Shown here: positions 12,706-26,358 of the stretch, in pieces
Layout of the letters: the number at the start of each line of letters is the position of its first letter
Position numbering within the stretch: position 1 is the first letter of the stretch
Program-made: the position numbers and the translations under genes
Assembly (NCBI GenBank): GCA_013239625.1
Contig: MU053881.1
Location: 11,584,873 to 11,648,872, forward strand
DNA: 64,000 bases
Direction: 5' to 3'
Source: Lama guanicoe
Taxonomy: Eukaryota
Notes under the pieces: generated by a model
What the model saw: the letters and a program-made list of their open reading frames with translations, nothing else
What the model was told of the DNA's origin: nothing
Database searches by the model: none

Positions 12706-15049
12706 ACACAGAACGTGCAGACGTGTACTGGTGAGCAAAGAGAAGATATTAGAGAATATAATCCAAAAATAAGAAGAAAAGTTTTGGTAATGCTGAATAT
12801 GTAAAGTGACTCTGGTCCCTCATCAGGTCTACAGAGCCGACCATTGTGTGTGATGTACTGTGATGTTATCCTGAGGGAAGTCCTACAGGAGAATGGCTGA
12901 AATGCCCTCACGCTTTTGTTCAATTTCAGCATGCAGAAACACAGATGTTTACGTGAGCCACGCTACATGGATTTATGGACTATATTCTAGAGCCGTGAAC
13001 AAACTTCCCTAAATTGATGATATAGTTTCAAAAGCTTTTGCACATAAACCATAAATTTAAGACGATACTAATAATGGAAGCCCAAACAGGCAACAAGAAC
13101 ATGGCCAAGCTAACACTTTGTCTACTCTTCATTAAGAACACATTTTTCCTTAACCACAATACTAACTTTAAAAAAGTCATCAGCTATAAAAACAAAGTGG
13201 TGAAAATTTTGGATTACCCAGGGTTCATTTGAGAAATAGATGAAATTTGCTTTACATGTTATATGTTGCCTTGAGATATGAGTAATCATGTTAAAATAAA
13301 GCCATAATAATTAGCAAGGTATTTTTAAAGTACACAAGAGTCTCTTTTGAAGTCTTTTCCTCATGAAAGACAAAAACTTTCCCCTTTGAGGAAACACTAA
13401 TTTTTCCTGACACAGTAAAAATGACTGAGATAATGTGTAGTAAATGATTTGGCAACAAATTAAAATGCATTATTTTGTTTGCAAATAGTGTTGTCACATG
13501 CATGGAAAATATTGCTGAAATTATGAAGAAATATGTATTAGAACAAATTAAGTCATTTTGTTAATACAGCTGAATAAATAAAATACACTTTTCCAATCTT
13601 TCTTAGCTTATATATGCATTTGCTAGATAGCATTTCACGTGTAAAAAATAACAACTAAAGGAGCTATTAAAGAAATAATGTATCCAAAATGCATGTCCTC
13701 AACAATAGAAAGTAAAGGGGAAAAAACTTTAAGTGGGGGAAAATATTTTAACTGTAAGAACAACCTCTAATGGAGCAGTTTATCCAACTAGAATTAAGAA
13801 GGAGAAAGAGACAGACAAAAAGAGTTGTTCCAGAGTAAGGCTGAAAAGCTATTGCCACACTTAGTAGCCCATTCAATGAAGCTGCACAGGACTCATGTGA
13901 TGTTATTAAAGCAAATAAGTTGAAACTAAAATTATATAGGTGCTACAGACAGTTCAGTGAGGATAACAATAATAATTAGAAAGAAATACTTTGAAGGACA
14001 GAGAGGCTATTATAAGAATCTTTTGTATTACATGAGGTTTGTTGGTCATTTCACTGTAAAAATAAATAAATGAATAAATATGTAAATAAAACACAAAGTG
14101 ATAAAAATTATTCACCATTTAAAAAAAGCTATTAAAAGAAACAAGTATTTAATATTTTTATGATAGCTGGCTGTCAAAACTATGCAACTTAGAAAATAAT
14201 TTTGGAAAATGACCACTTACCCTTCCTCTCAAGTGAATGTGCTGCTTAACAAGGAGTGAGAAAATCACTGCTATTTAAAACTTACAGGGAGAAAGTATTC
14301 AGAAAACGAATGCTTGAGGTGTTTTGGTCATTTTGTGATTTTGTTACCAAATAAACTTTCATATGTGCACACTAAAAATGGAAACAGAATTTTCTAATCT
14401 ATGCTCAAGAAAAGTTTCAGTGTATCTTGAGCCCATTTGTTTAAATACCCAAAATTGTAAACATTCTCAATTTGTTTATGAGAAAAACTGATCTATATCA
14501 GCAAAGATAGAAATTTTACAGATAAAAATTCAATAAAAATTGTTGTATAATTGGTATATGTGATTGAAAAGTATGCAATATAATCTAGTAATATAGTATA
14601 GAATACCTATGTACTTTTGGAATTATTATCTTTCAGTCACAAAAGTCATTAATATCAAGTATAGAAATAAACTGAACTTAAAATTCAGACATTTAGTCAC
14701 TATATCATGGAGATTATGTCCAAGATTTTCAAGAGATTTGAAAAAATCAATCACCTTATACTCTGCAAGAAATAACTATTATTTTTACTGAGATAAAATA
14801 GTGTTTCTACCCTTTAAAACGTTTAAATATATTTTAAAATGTTGTCCTCTTTTTTCTACTTCTTAAATATAATTTTGTCCTTGTTTATTATCTTAGTTCA
14901 CTAGTCTATACAATCGATATATTAGTTAATATATCAGAATATTAAATGCAAATTTCCTTACTGTCTTAAAGGCTTAGACTCAAATTAGAAGGAAAAAAAA
15001 TAGACCAAGATCAGATATCTGTGCAAGATAAGCTAAGAGATAGAGAAGT

Positions 15050-16060
15050 CAGGTGAGTATCCATTGGCTCATTACCTTGATGAAGAATGTATGAGAGGAA
15101 GGTAGGAAATTTATCAAAGAGACTGCAGAGAGCATTCCCTTAAGGAGAAGAATTTTGAAAAACTGGAGTATCTCCTCTACCTTCCTCCATGTCCTTCTCC
15201 AATCAAGCAGAAGGACTTCAAGGAACCACATTCAGAGATTGCAAGGAATCTCTGTAATTTGAGGAACATACGGACTCAGGTCAGAAAAATTCTATAGGAG
15301 TGAGGCCAGCTAGAGAGACATGCGGTAGTAGAAAGAAGATAGCATCCCGTTGTAGAGTTGAGTCACATTCCCCCCATGGTTGGCCAGATGTTTTTTCCCT
15401 CATGCCTTTGTTAGGAAACCTTGAAATAGACTTTACTCAAATGGTCTTTGTGTAGTCGTGTGAAGACTGTCCTGGAAAGCAGGCACTGAGGGAAAGTCTA
15501 AGCACACACTCAGAGGGTCACTGTCTGTACCAGCAAACTATACCCAGAGAGCCCAACCCGGGGAAAGCCCCAGGGAACCTGCAAAGGTGCTCCAAAAGAC
15601 GAAAGATTCCATAATGTAGGAGTATTCTTCATCCAGAGAACCCTGATAAAACTTACAACTCTCTCATTCAAGACTCCATCTGCCCTAGTTTCCCGTCACT
15701 CTTCTGCCCATCCCTGGAGGACCAAGAAGCAGCACAAAGAGGCAGATGTAACGAAGAATAAGTTGGGGAAAGAGCAGAGAAGTTAGTGGGGGTCCTCAGT
15801 CCCCATTCCCATTCTCACTGTGAGCTCATCCAGCTCACTGCAGACTTTGAGTATAAGTTGGGCCCAGGCTGGGTTAGAGAAAACTTAAAATTGAATGAGA
15901 TATTAATGCTATGAAACAATGGTCTGGCCTGGACATTTTTAATGAGGACATATGTTGAATCCTTGGACATTACTGGGAAAGCTTTGAGGACCAACATGAA
16001 ATTTCAGGTCAGGAAAGATAGCAAGAAAGAGGAATAAAGCTGCTTTCTTTGTACCCTATC
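15050..16060 (+). mobile_element. Possible ancient Gypsy-type LTR (MamGypLTR/LTR85-like)
   Basis: About 1 kb purine-rich block with raised GC, ending ggacattttt...ggaaagcttt...aggaataaagctgctttctttgtacc; recalled similarity only. Confidence 0.4.
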
Positions 16061-16209
16061 AAATCCACCTATTTCTTATGTGTTCTATTTCATTTTTAGT
16101 ATTAGTTTCTATATGAAATCCAAAACAGTTTGGTGACCAGTGGTCTAGGGTCAGCATTTTTGCACAAAGTCTCATTATACTCATACAAAATACATATTGT
16201 TTAAGATCG

Positions 16210-16960
16210 GTTTTATCACTCACTCCAACACCACTGAAGATGTGTTCTACCTCAGTTTCAGATCTAACAACCAGCTAATCACCTACGTAAAACATCTAGG
16301 ACACAAATCTGCCTTTTTCCTCCCCTTCATTCTTCACATCTAGCCAATCAACAGATGTGGTTAGATGTCTACAATCGGCACCTTTCATCTCATACTTAGC
16401 ATTAATTCAGTACCTCAAAATTTCTCCCATGGGTCTTTGCAATCAACCCTAAAACTTTCTTGATTAACTTTACTCTTTCCAGGGCCATGCAAATCATCTC
16501 TCTAAATCAAAAATCAAAGATGTAAAGAATTTTAATGATCAGTAGAGGGACCACACATTTTTCTGTCTCCATAGGAAACTAGAGTTTGTGTGCGAAAGGG
16601 GCAGAGATACTAATTATTCTGGTACAGTAGGCATAAACCAGGATGTCCAAGACCAACTACCATGTTTAAGGACTATTCCCATTAAACTAGTAAATAAAAA
16701 CCAATATATATAATGTGACAAAGAAGTTCCCTGGTTATTTAACTCTTGCTTATCTCTCCAGCAGGATCTCCCACCACTTCCTTAATTCACGCTCTTAAAC
16801 CAGAGTAGTTTACTCTGCTGCACAGATGAATACTACTTCACTTTAAGATTAGGTTCAGATGTCATTTTCTCTAGGGAACTTCTTATTTCTTCAGAGCAGG
16901 TTAGCTGCCTCTCCCAGGAACACTCACATTCCCTGTGCATGTGACTCTGACTTTAGTTTA
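16210..16960 (+). mobile_element. L2 LINE fragment interrupted by a MER94-like MITE (about 16546-16680)
   Basis: cacatctagccaatcaacag...tactacttcactttaagattaggttcagatgtcattttctctaggg are L2 motifs; gaaaggggcagagatactaattattctggtacagtaggcataaaccaggatgtcc matches reverse MER94. Confidence 0.6.
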
Positions 16961-17489
16961 AAGAAGTTATATTGTTTTGTCTTTTAATTTTTTTTAAGTT
17001 AATAAAATTTTACTTAAAATTTAAAATTTTATTATATTGCATTTTTAGTTTTTATTTATTACACAATAGAATTGGAAAACTTACTGAAACATCTCTCAGC
17101 CTCATCAGTTTGCTTATTTCTAAAATGTACTTCTTAAAGTTGTAGCACTGAAAGACATCCCCATCCTCCCGCTCTAGCAATCCAAGAAGTACTGAACTAG
17201 ATGGTCTCTGATCTCTAATTTACTTTAAGTGTTATTGGACTAAGGATCTGTTTTTCTCAGTCATTTTTCTTTCTACTAAAAATGTGATGATGTTTCACAA
17301 TGCCATAAATAGACTAAACTCGACAAGTTGCCTAAATGCCTGGGAAAACAAAAAATCAGCTAGATAGCAGCACCAAACACTGGGAGAGGAGAAAACTAGG
17401 ACCGCTTCAACTGGCCTCTGCTGCATAGCACCACTCTAGAGCTTGGACGCTGAAACAACACTAATTCTGTTAGTTGACTGGAGAGTTCA

Positions 17490-17818
17490 CTGCATGTTTC
17501 ACCTGAGCTTCCACAGCTGGCTGGATTCGGTTAGAGGTCAGCGAGGCTAGAAGACCCAAGAGACCTCACTCAACACGTTTGCCGGCTGCTGTGGGCTGTC
17601 ACTGGGGGCCTCTTCTCCACCCGCCCCTCATCTTCCATAGGCCAGTCTAGCTGCTTTACACAGTAGTCTCAGGACCACATTCCACGGTCTCTTAGAAGCT
17701 AGCCTCAAAAGTCAAACAGCATCACTTACACCAGAGCGGTTAAAGCAAGTTCACAAGGCCAGCCCAGATTCAAGAGGTGGGGATCAAGACTACTTTTTAT
17801 GGAAGTCACACCACAAAG

Positions 17819-17820
<2 letters not shown>
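17490..17820 (-). mobile_element. MLT1H/F-like MaLR LTR fragment
   Basis: cagcatcacttacacc...ggttaaagcaagttcacaaggccagcccagattcaagaggtgggga. Confidence 0.75.
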
Positions 17821-17860
<40 letters not shown>

Positions 17861-17862
17861 AC

Positions 17863-17896
<34 letters not shown>

Positions 17897-17900
17897 GTAT
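17821..17900. repeat. Compound (GT)19(AC)2(GT)9(AT)8 microsatellite
   Basis: Direct reading. Confidence 0.97.
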
Positions 17901-20900
17901 AATTTTATCATCTATATTTTATATCTACCACATAGGCATTTCTATATGTCAACAGTTCCCAGAAAGTGATCACCTCTACCTTCCTATCTCAAGATAACAC
18001 TGGAAACCCATACCTTAAAAATTTCAGTAGCCTATTATAATATAGCTATCCTCCTTGTTTTGTATATTGGAACACAGTGCACTACTGCATGTATTTGCAG
18101 AAATACGCTTATTGAAACAACTCAAGGGAATCTTCTGAATTGAGGAAAAACATTTACATTGGAACAAATTACATTTTACTGAAAACCTAATTGTTACACT
18201 GAGAGCTGTACAGTGTTGTAATTGCATACTCTTAATTACACACATTGCATTATTTAAAAAGAATGGCATTGTTTATTTGTGATACTCTTTGCTTATTTAC
18301 ACTTGCATATTTGAGCAAGGCGCAAGGAGTTATTTCTACCACGTGGCTGAGATTGTTATCTGTCCACAAACACAAAATTAATTCGCTAGAGGGAAATGGC
18401 TCTCAAACAGGAAGAGAGAAATTTCTCCTGAGGCAAGACATTCTACAATTGTTTCTAAATTTCTGTATAATTAACAAAGCACTTACCATCTGCAGTGACT
18501 GACCTGTCAGAGCTGCTCCTCTGAGATAATTTGGTGACATTAAAAAAATTGAATATCCAAAAGTCACATTTGACATCAATGAATTAGCCCATTCTTGTAA
18601 ATAGAAGTAAAACTCAAGACAGAATGTTCTATGAGATGCTGCTTATCATGGGTAAACTTAACCATATTTACTCCCCCAGGGCACTTGTCTGAGTCTCGGT
18701 GCCTCCGTAACGGTAACCTTGTTCTCTCTGTCTCGTGATTTTGATTTTGTAAATGCCACTTGAACCTCAGAGCCAGTAGCCCAGTCAAACCCCTTACTTA
18801 TGTGTATAGTTAAGTGAATAATTCTTTCTGAATTACAATCACATTTCCTGATTGATACATCAAGGGAAAAAAAGAGTGGGACTCAGAAATCCTTTAAAAG
18901 CCCAAATGGAAAAGTTTTATTCTCTTTCTTGTTTTTTCATTCTTTGCCAACAACATTCAGAAGGTAATAGTGCGCTGTATCACAAAGGAAGGTCTTTTAC
19001 CTCCTCCTCCAACAGAATCAGAGCTATATATAGTAGGTACTATGGATGATCAGATTGTTTTCTTTAATAACATGAAAATTAAGAGCACAATTAATCATTA
19101 CATTGCTGTGGTTTTCAGGAAAAACAAACAAACAAACAAAAACAAACAAAAACCCCAGAACATTCCTGATTAGTAACAGCTCTTCTTGCTTCTACTACTC
19201 CATTTAAAGATATACTGTTTAGCCTGGGGCTATTCTTTTTATCTCAGGAGCAAGACAAACAGACTTTTTCTTAATGGCATAATGTGTGAATGCATGCAAT
19301 TTCCAAGAAACTAAAAGTTCAAAGTGGCCAGAACCACTGGCACAGGAATGTTTAAATTTCTATGACCGGTAGGGAATAGTCACTTACTACATAGTTCACT
19401 AAAATTGTTCCTTTACCTTAATACATAAAAGAAAGAAGAGTCTAACATTTCATCCTATTTCAGAGGAGATTGCCCCTACAGACCAGTAATAAAGTCTCCC
19501 TGCAAGTCCAGCCTGTGCTCCTAGCAGAGGAGCTTCTAAGTGTGTAAGCTCGTGACTGATCTTTTTCTATTTGATGTATTTGAAGTTCATTACTGTAGTA
19601 ACAAGAACTTAAAAACATAAGAGTTAGGCTTACATATGTCTAAAGTGTCTTACAGTGACTTTGTATGTGTATCCCAAGGATTAAAGCAGAGTGTCAATAT
19701 ATCTTGCAGCAAATGAAAAGGCTCTTTTTCAATCAGATAGCTTCGCCATTATATATTACTGTCCTGAATAGATCTTTCTTACTTTCACTGACTTAGATTC
19801 CATTTTCTGGAACCACGAAGGTGGGAGTCATTTTTTCCTCATAGCTTAAAAAAAAAAAAACTTTATCAAAGTCTTTATATATGGCAAAGGTTAAAAAAAA
19901 ACCTTCAAACAGATTTATATATTTGCTTTTTGGGAAATACACAGTTTTCAAGGATCTTTCATCATGTGATATCTTCTGTGGGGTAATCTCATTAACCAAC
20001 AACAATTGTTCAAAAAAGCAAAATTATGAAATATTCTTCCATATCACATTGGTGAAGCCAAATGAACTCTGTTATCTCAGCACAGCTTCAACCCCTCAAG
20101 ACTTCGATCGTGTTCTTCAGCAAGGGCAAGATTCACTAGAAAAATCACCTTAGCAACGCAGTTTAAAGACATAATACATTCATATACAAATCGATTTTGT
20201 ACCATGCCCTTGCATGTTAATCAGCTTATATTGAATTACTACATTTAAAAATTCACTGCAGAGAGGAAGTACCTACATACTAACTTTTTTAAAAAAAGAA
20301 ATTAAACAAGGAAATCAGTTCACTTGAGTTCTACTGTTGCTTTTCCCCATCTCCTCAATAGACAAGGATCTTAACACTGTTTTCTCCTTAGTGCATTTCG
20401 ATTCAGAAGAGAGTAGGTAGCATCTTTATTCTACTCTTTCTTAGGAAATCTCAGAGCTTCCCACTGCCTATCCTCCACTTGTTTGCCTCCTAGGGAAGTG
20501 AGGTCACATCCCTTCACTTTTAGGAAGCTCCCAGATCCTTCAAAATTCTTACTATATTTCTATGCCTCTCTTTTTATGCCATGTTCAAGCCTATTTTACA
20601 GAAACAAAAATACCCAACTTCATTTGATAAGAAAAATATGTCATTTACTCTAACTAAAGAAAAATTATGTCATAGCCTTAGCAGGCAGTGACAGCAATTG
20701 TGATTTTAAACTGAATACTTCTGAATACTCCTTCATTGGGCTACTCTTGTAGTTAATTCAGGGAAATATTCTATATACAATTTGATGGGCATAATTATTT
20801 AGAAATATTTGGACACAAAAGAAATATCAGGGAACTAGAATGAAAAATATGTTTTCTTTTTATTTTATTATTTGATTATTATGAAAAACTAACATAAGCT

Positions 20901-22289
20901 TATTAAATGTAGACACTTAGAAAAGTAGAAAGTCAATTTTAAAAAATAACTATCACCCAGCTTAGCATCCTGAGAAACTGAATATATCATCTGGCATACT
21001 TCATTCAGTCTTTTTCTATCCATTTACGCATCTGTGTGATTTTTTTTTAAAAAAACAGGCATAATTTGATCATATAGAATTAGTGGAGAAGAAATCTTAA
21101 TTATACTGAGTAATCTGTATCAGTGAAACTGGCCTAGGGAAAAGGAGTGTGGAAAATTAACAACCAAAGTAGAATTTAAGAATATCAAAAGAATGTATGT
21201 CATCTCCCTTGATCTCCTTGTGACAACCCACTTAAGAAAGCAAGCTCTGTATCTACTTTTATCCCTCATGCGCACTTAAACACACTGCCAAAGACTGAAA
21301 GAGTAAAGAGGAAAACAGAGGATTTAGTTGATCCCCACTCTGAGCTCTCAGAATGATCCTGGGAAGGTTTGTATGCCATGTCCAGACCATGCACGTTTGT
21401 TTTCACCATGCTGGGTTCGTCCTAGCTCATGCTCTGCAAGTGAAGCAGTATCTCAGAGAGGTGAGAAGTCTCTCAGAATAAAAATGAAGATGATCGGTCG
21501 AGGTTATATGAAAATGGCTTTACAAATCCATAAGAAATGCCCTGGAAGAGAATCCAGTATGTGATCTGCTTTTGAAAAGTATGAAGGAATGGAAATGGTG
21601 ATTATTCCAAACTATTTTTTAAAAATTCTTCAGCATTTCTACAGAATATCTGAAAGAAGGAAAAAGAACACATAAAAATATGGCTGTCGTGATCTAATGG
21701 TTCATTGACCGTTAAGACAAAACCCACTGGCTTACTTTATAAGGGAGCTACCAGTTCTGCTCTTAATGCTATTAATTGAAATTGAGTGCTAACTGTAATA
21801 GACATGATTAAAAATATATGGAATTAGACATTGTCCCTGCTCATTAATTCCGCTTCCTGGTGGATACCTCTCTGCCCATCTTTCATGTTCACAGCTTGCC
21901 AGGTGAACAAGGACAGAGTTTAAAATGTTTCATGAGGTTGATCATTATCATTATTTCCAATTAATACTGTGAGTGCATATGGGGTGTTTGGTGCCATGCC
22001 GGGTCCCTTAAGAAGCGTGATAAAAATTAATTAGAGTCCTTGAAGTGACATCAGATATAAAGGACAAGCAACACCTCAAGGAAAGAAAGACATCATAAAT
22101 AAATGATTTTAAGAATTTTTGCTCCTGTGGGGCTGTTTTCATAATTTTACTTAAGTTCAACTGTAAAGTAACTAAGAGGGAGGGAAATGGTACTAGAAAG
22201 GGGAAAGAGGGGGGTAAAAACCAGAGTAGAGTGGAAACAACTGAGCCGGAAACTGCTATTCACTAAAGAAAAACAGAGGTAAAGAAGTG

Positions 22290-22750
22290 TCCGTTAAGAA
22301 TGTTTATATTGTGACTTATAGAAATTCAACCAAAACTGGCCTAAAGAAAAACAAAGAGGAAATTTTTGGCTCAGATAAATGTCAAATGGTAGCCTCACAT
22401 ACTGCTTGATTCAGAACTTCAAGCAACGTCTCTGGGGTTGAATTTTACGTTCGTTGTTTAACTTTGTTTCCGCTGTCTTCACTCCATAGCTGTTAAGTTG
22501 CCAGCCTATTGGCTCCAGCCTTTTATCATCTCAGGTTCAACTGCGTGAATAAAAAGCATTATGCCAAGGAAAGGCAGCCAGATGTAACAGGCTGTTTCTC
22601 TTTTCCTATCAGCGTAACTTGCATTTGCTCTTCTTGGATACCATGCTATCACATGCTATCCCTGACTCCACCACTGTCAAGTAACTAACGGCCAGCTCCA
22701 AGTACTTAGTATACAAGTAGGAGTCATATCGCCCAGACTGCATGTACTAA
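22290..22750 (-). mobile_element. MLT1K/L-like MaLR LTR, degraded
   Basis: gttaagaatg...agaaattcaaccaaaactggcctaaag...ttggctcagataa...tgcttgattcagaacttcaagcaacgtc. Confidence 0.55.
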
Positions 22751-23334
22751 GAGTTGGGGAGGAGTTTTGATGAAAATAAGTGGGAATAACAACAACAACA
22801 AAAACAAACAAACAAAAAGGGTAAACATCCACTGTGAGAAGTACCAGAGAGAAAGAAAGAAAAGACAAGGTCAGGATGAGCCTCTTGCTCATCCTGAACT
22901 TTATCTTGTATTTTATAACCAATGGAATAAATTTAAAACAAATCAAAACCACTGACTTTGCTATTGCCATACACACAAAACCCTTCGAAACATGACGCTT
23001 GAATTATAGTTACTTAACTCGATGGACTGAAAATGTCAAATGCTTTCGAAAAAAATCACCTTCATTGTGCTAAGGCTCTTAAACGGTTGCCTGGATCCGC
23101 AGGGTACAGAATATGCGTCTCGTATTTGTGTTGGAATGTTACGTGCAGCCAACACTCACGGAGGCAGCACTCGCTGAGACATCTGCATGTGAAGTAAGAG
23201 GTTTACTCACCGAGACCAGAGAGGGATGGAAGAAGAGCACAACAAACTTCTCAGAAAGGATCAGGAACCAGGTATCCTCAGGATATAGACAAAGAAGACC
23301 GCTCATTACAGTCTAAATAGGGAAAGAAACTCAC

Positions 23335-23540
23335 TTTTATTGAGGGTCTAGTATATGCTGAGCATTTTACATATCTCATCTCATTTCATCCAAACAGAGA
23401 TCTCATGAGGTAAGAGATTAAATTCCATTTTCACAACTTAAAAGAGAGTGAAAGACACTCACAGCTATTAAAAATTTCCAAAGGTAAATCCCAGCACTGG
23501 GATTTGAAACCATGTTTAAAACTCAATTTACAGAATGTCA
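23335..23540 (-). mobile_element. MIR SINE
   Basis: ttattgagggtctagtatatgctgagcattttacatatctcatctcattt...atgaggtaagag...ctgggatttgaaacc. Confidence 0.75.
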
Positions 23541-23789
23541 AACTCTTTTCCTCTGTGGAGTAATTTCATTGGGTGCATGAAGCTGAGAGCTTCTCCTATC
23601 TCCTATTCCCTGTCCCCACAGCCACCCTCCACACCAGGTTGGGAGATGGGGAGTGGGAGATAAGATGGTTTTAGGGGCAAAGAAGCTCTGGGTGGTGAGT
23701 GGAGAATTCAGAGGTTTAAAGAGGATTTCAGGAAGTTTTGTCTCATTGTTACATCTCCCTTTGATATTTCAGTAAAATACTCATTTCTT

Positions 23790-23867
23790 CTTTTTTTGTT
23801 TTTTTTTTTAATTGAAGTATGGTCAGTTTAGTATCAATTTCTGGTGACATAATAGTTCAGTCATACA
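23790..23867 (-). mobile_element. Very short L1 3' end (cetartiodactyl type) with poly(A)
   Basis: Poly(T) followed by aattgaagtatggtcagttt...tcaatttctggtg...ttcagtcataca, the reverse complement of the tail type at 46498-46780. Confidence 0.7.
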
Positions 23868-26103
23868 TTGTGAAATTGAATCTGGTCTATGGTTGTTTTC
23901 AGGTCTTGCTTCTAATGAAGGTGAGAAAAGGGGCTGCTTGTGGGAAGATAATCACAACTGGGTTAGGTCTAAAAGAGGAGACAGTTCTTCAAAAAGTTAC
24001 TGGAACAATTTTTCAGAGTAATTTATTTTGAAGATATAATGATGAATATTTGTAATAATGCCTTCATTGCTACACAAAGATATATCAGGGATAAATGAAA
24101 AAGAGAAAACTGTATAAGAAACAACATTTAAGATTCAGAATAGTACAAAGCGTACACATTGGCCATCACAAAAGAGAAATCCAGGTAGCTTTCTCATACT
24201 GAAATATTGTGTTCAAATAAGCAACAAGAATATAACCAATTGTGTTCCTACTCTTTATAAGAAGAAATTTTGCCCATAATCGACATTTACGTACAGGGAT
24301 ATTTCTATTTTGTTTGCTTAATCTTAAATACATAAAGTGTTCTGAAGATAAGCCAAAGACAATAATGAAAAACAGAAGCTATTTATCAGTCATAATCTGA
24401 GTGCTACAGTTTTCAGCACATACTAGATGTTCAAAACATGGCAATTATTCTTTATCATTACAAAGAAAATTTTCTCAGATAATACTCAGAAGTCAGCCAA
24501 GAAACTTTTCAAAAGTCAGGGTATCAATTAGAAGTAAAATTATAAAAGAAATATAGTTTTTCAAAAAATTGTGCCCTCCCTTACTTTTTTTTTCTGATGG
24601 CACATTTTTTGTCCCCCACAACAAGATCTGAGTAACTTAATTCTTTATAATTCTATGCTTTTCCTCTCTCTTTTCTTTGTGAACTTTTATAATAACAGCT
24701 ATAAAAGTAGTTAAATATTTACTTAAATTTTATCCTAGATATAAAATGAGATAAGGAATATTGTATGGACCCATGATTCCTTCTACATAATGCTGATACA
24801 AATAATTCTACGCAGAGAGAATGTGGTTTTTGTTTCTTATATCCAGGTGAAGGATGTACAGTTCCAACATTATCTGAATAATATAATATGGCTCAATCAG
24901 TCATTAAATTTCTTACATGCTTCCTGTTAAATTTTAAAGGCTTTTTTGGTAAAGGCAGAATTTAATTTGTTAGCTCTGCTACTAGAGGAAAACAATTAGA
25001 TAAAATGCAATGCTTTTTGTTGTTGTTTTTCCTTATTTTTGTTTTAAAGCATGAGGTAGCACAATGCTGCTTGGAACTGAAACAAAGCCCTGTCACTTTA
25101 CTAGCTTTGTGATACTGAGCACGTAATGTAACATCTTCAGGCATGGGAGTCCAGAACATCAAATCTTAAAAGAGAGGTGATGAAAGCCAAGAAAACTCTC
25201 TAGCTCCAAGACCAAGTGAAGAACTTATTACTGTAGAATACAAGTTTTGATAACTTTAAGATCATAAAGCTAAACTGGGTAGAAATGTCTGGAACTCGTG
25301 AGGAAACTGGATTCAAGAAGAATAAGAATTAATAACATCAGGCTGATAGAATTGAGGAGGATAATTAAAATTTTTATGACATCTTGTTTGAAACATTGCT
25401 GGTTATCTAACGTGCTTTTCGATTCTTTTACGCTATGACTTACAGCAATTTGGTAACATTTACCTCTGTAAACTAAGATAAAACACTTACATTTTCCCCC
25501 TACCTGACCCCTCCAAAACTTGGAAACTCTTGAACATTCTTTTCACAGCAATATAATTAGTTATTTGCATACGTTCAATAAGAATCTGTTTTCTTTGTAA
25601 CAGGACACAATTGGAAACATTGGTTATATTACCGAGGCTTTGACTGGAAAGTCATATTTGAGGGAAAGGTGCATAAACTCAGATCTGACCAGATAGTTTT
25701 AAGGAACAAAGCTTAACTTCATAGAGTCAATAAAGTCCCTTGGAAAAATCAAACCTGGTATCTCGTTTGCAATGTTTCAGAAGAACAGTCTTAAAAAGAA
25801 CTTACATAACTAATCACTGTTCTTTTGCTGCACTTATGTAAATTACCAGGCCAAGTTTAATATAAATGAATTAATGTTACTGTAATTATTTTGACAAAAA
25901 TGGGGGCAACTGTAAAGAGAAAAGTTATGTTTTCATCGTTGTAAGCATTAAATTCTAATCCTATGAATCTCTATTTAAAGTTTTCAATATATATATAAAC
26001 TGGACTGAAGCCTGAATTCTTCTGTTTTCTTTCAACTATCTGGTTACAACTCTCCAAACTAATATTTCCAATTTTTTCCCAACCTTCTGAGTTGGAATCA
26101 GTA

Positions 26104-26296
26104 AGAACAAAAATTGCCTTTGAACCTCCTTGTGAGAGACTATACCAGGTCCTCCTCAATACCAAGATGGCAGCCAAACTTCAGGGTCTCTAGTCTTCAG
26201 TGCACATCTCACAATTAAAGAAAGCTCCACCTGACGTCTGAGCCTATACAAACATTAAAGACGTCCAAATCAAATTGATTAGAACAAGAAGCCACC
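26104..26296 (+). pseudogene. pol: Retroviral integrase C-terminal remnant
   Basis: Translates RTKIAFEPPCERLYQVLLNTKMAAKLQGL*SSVHISQLKKAPPDV*, matching the gamma-like IN tail EPxWKGPYQVLLTTxTAxKxxGxxxWIHxSxLKxAP. Confidence 0.85.
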
Positions 26297-26358
26297 AACA
26301 TCAAGGCAGACTGTTTTCTCCCAAGATGCCCGATCAAGACTTCATACTTTAACTGAAC

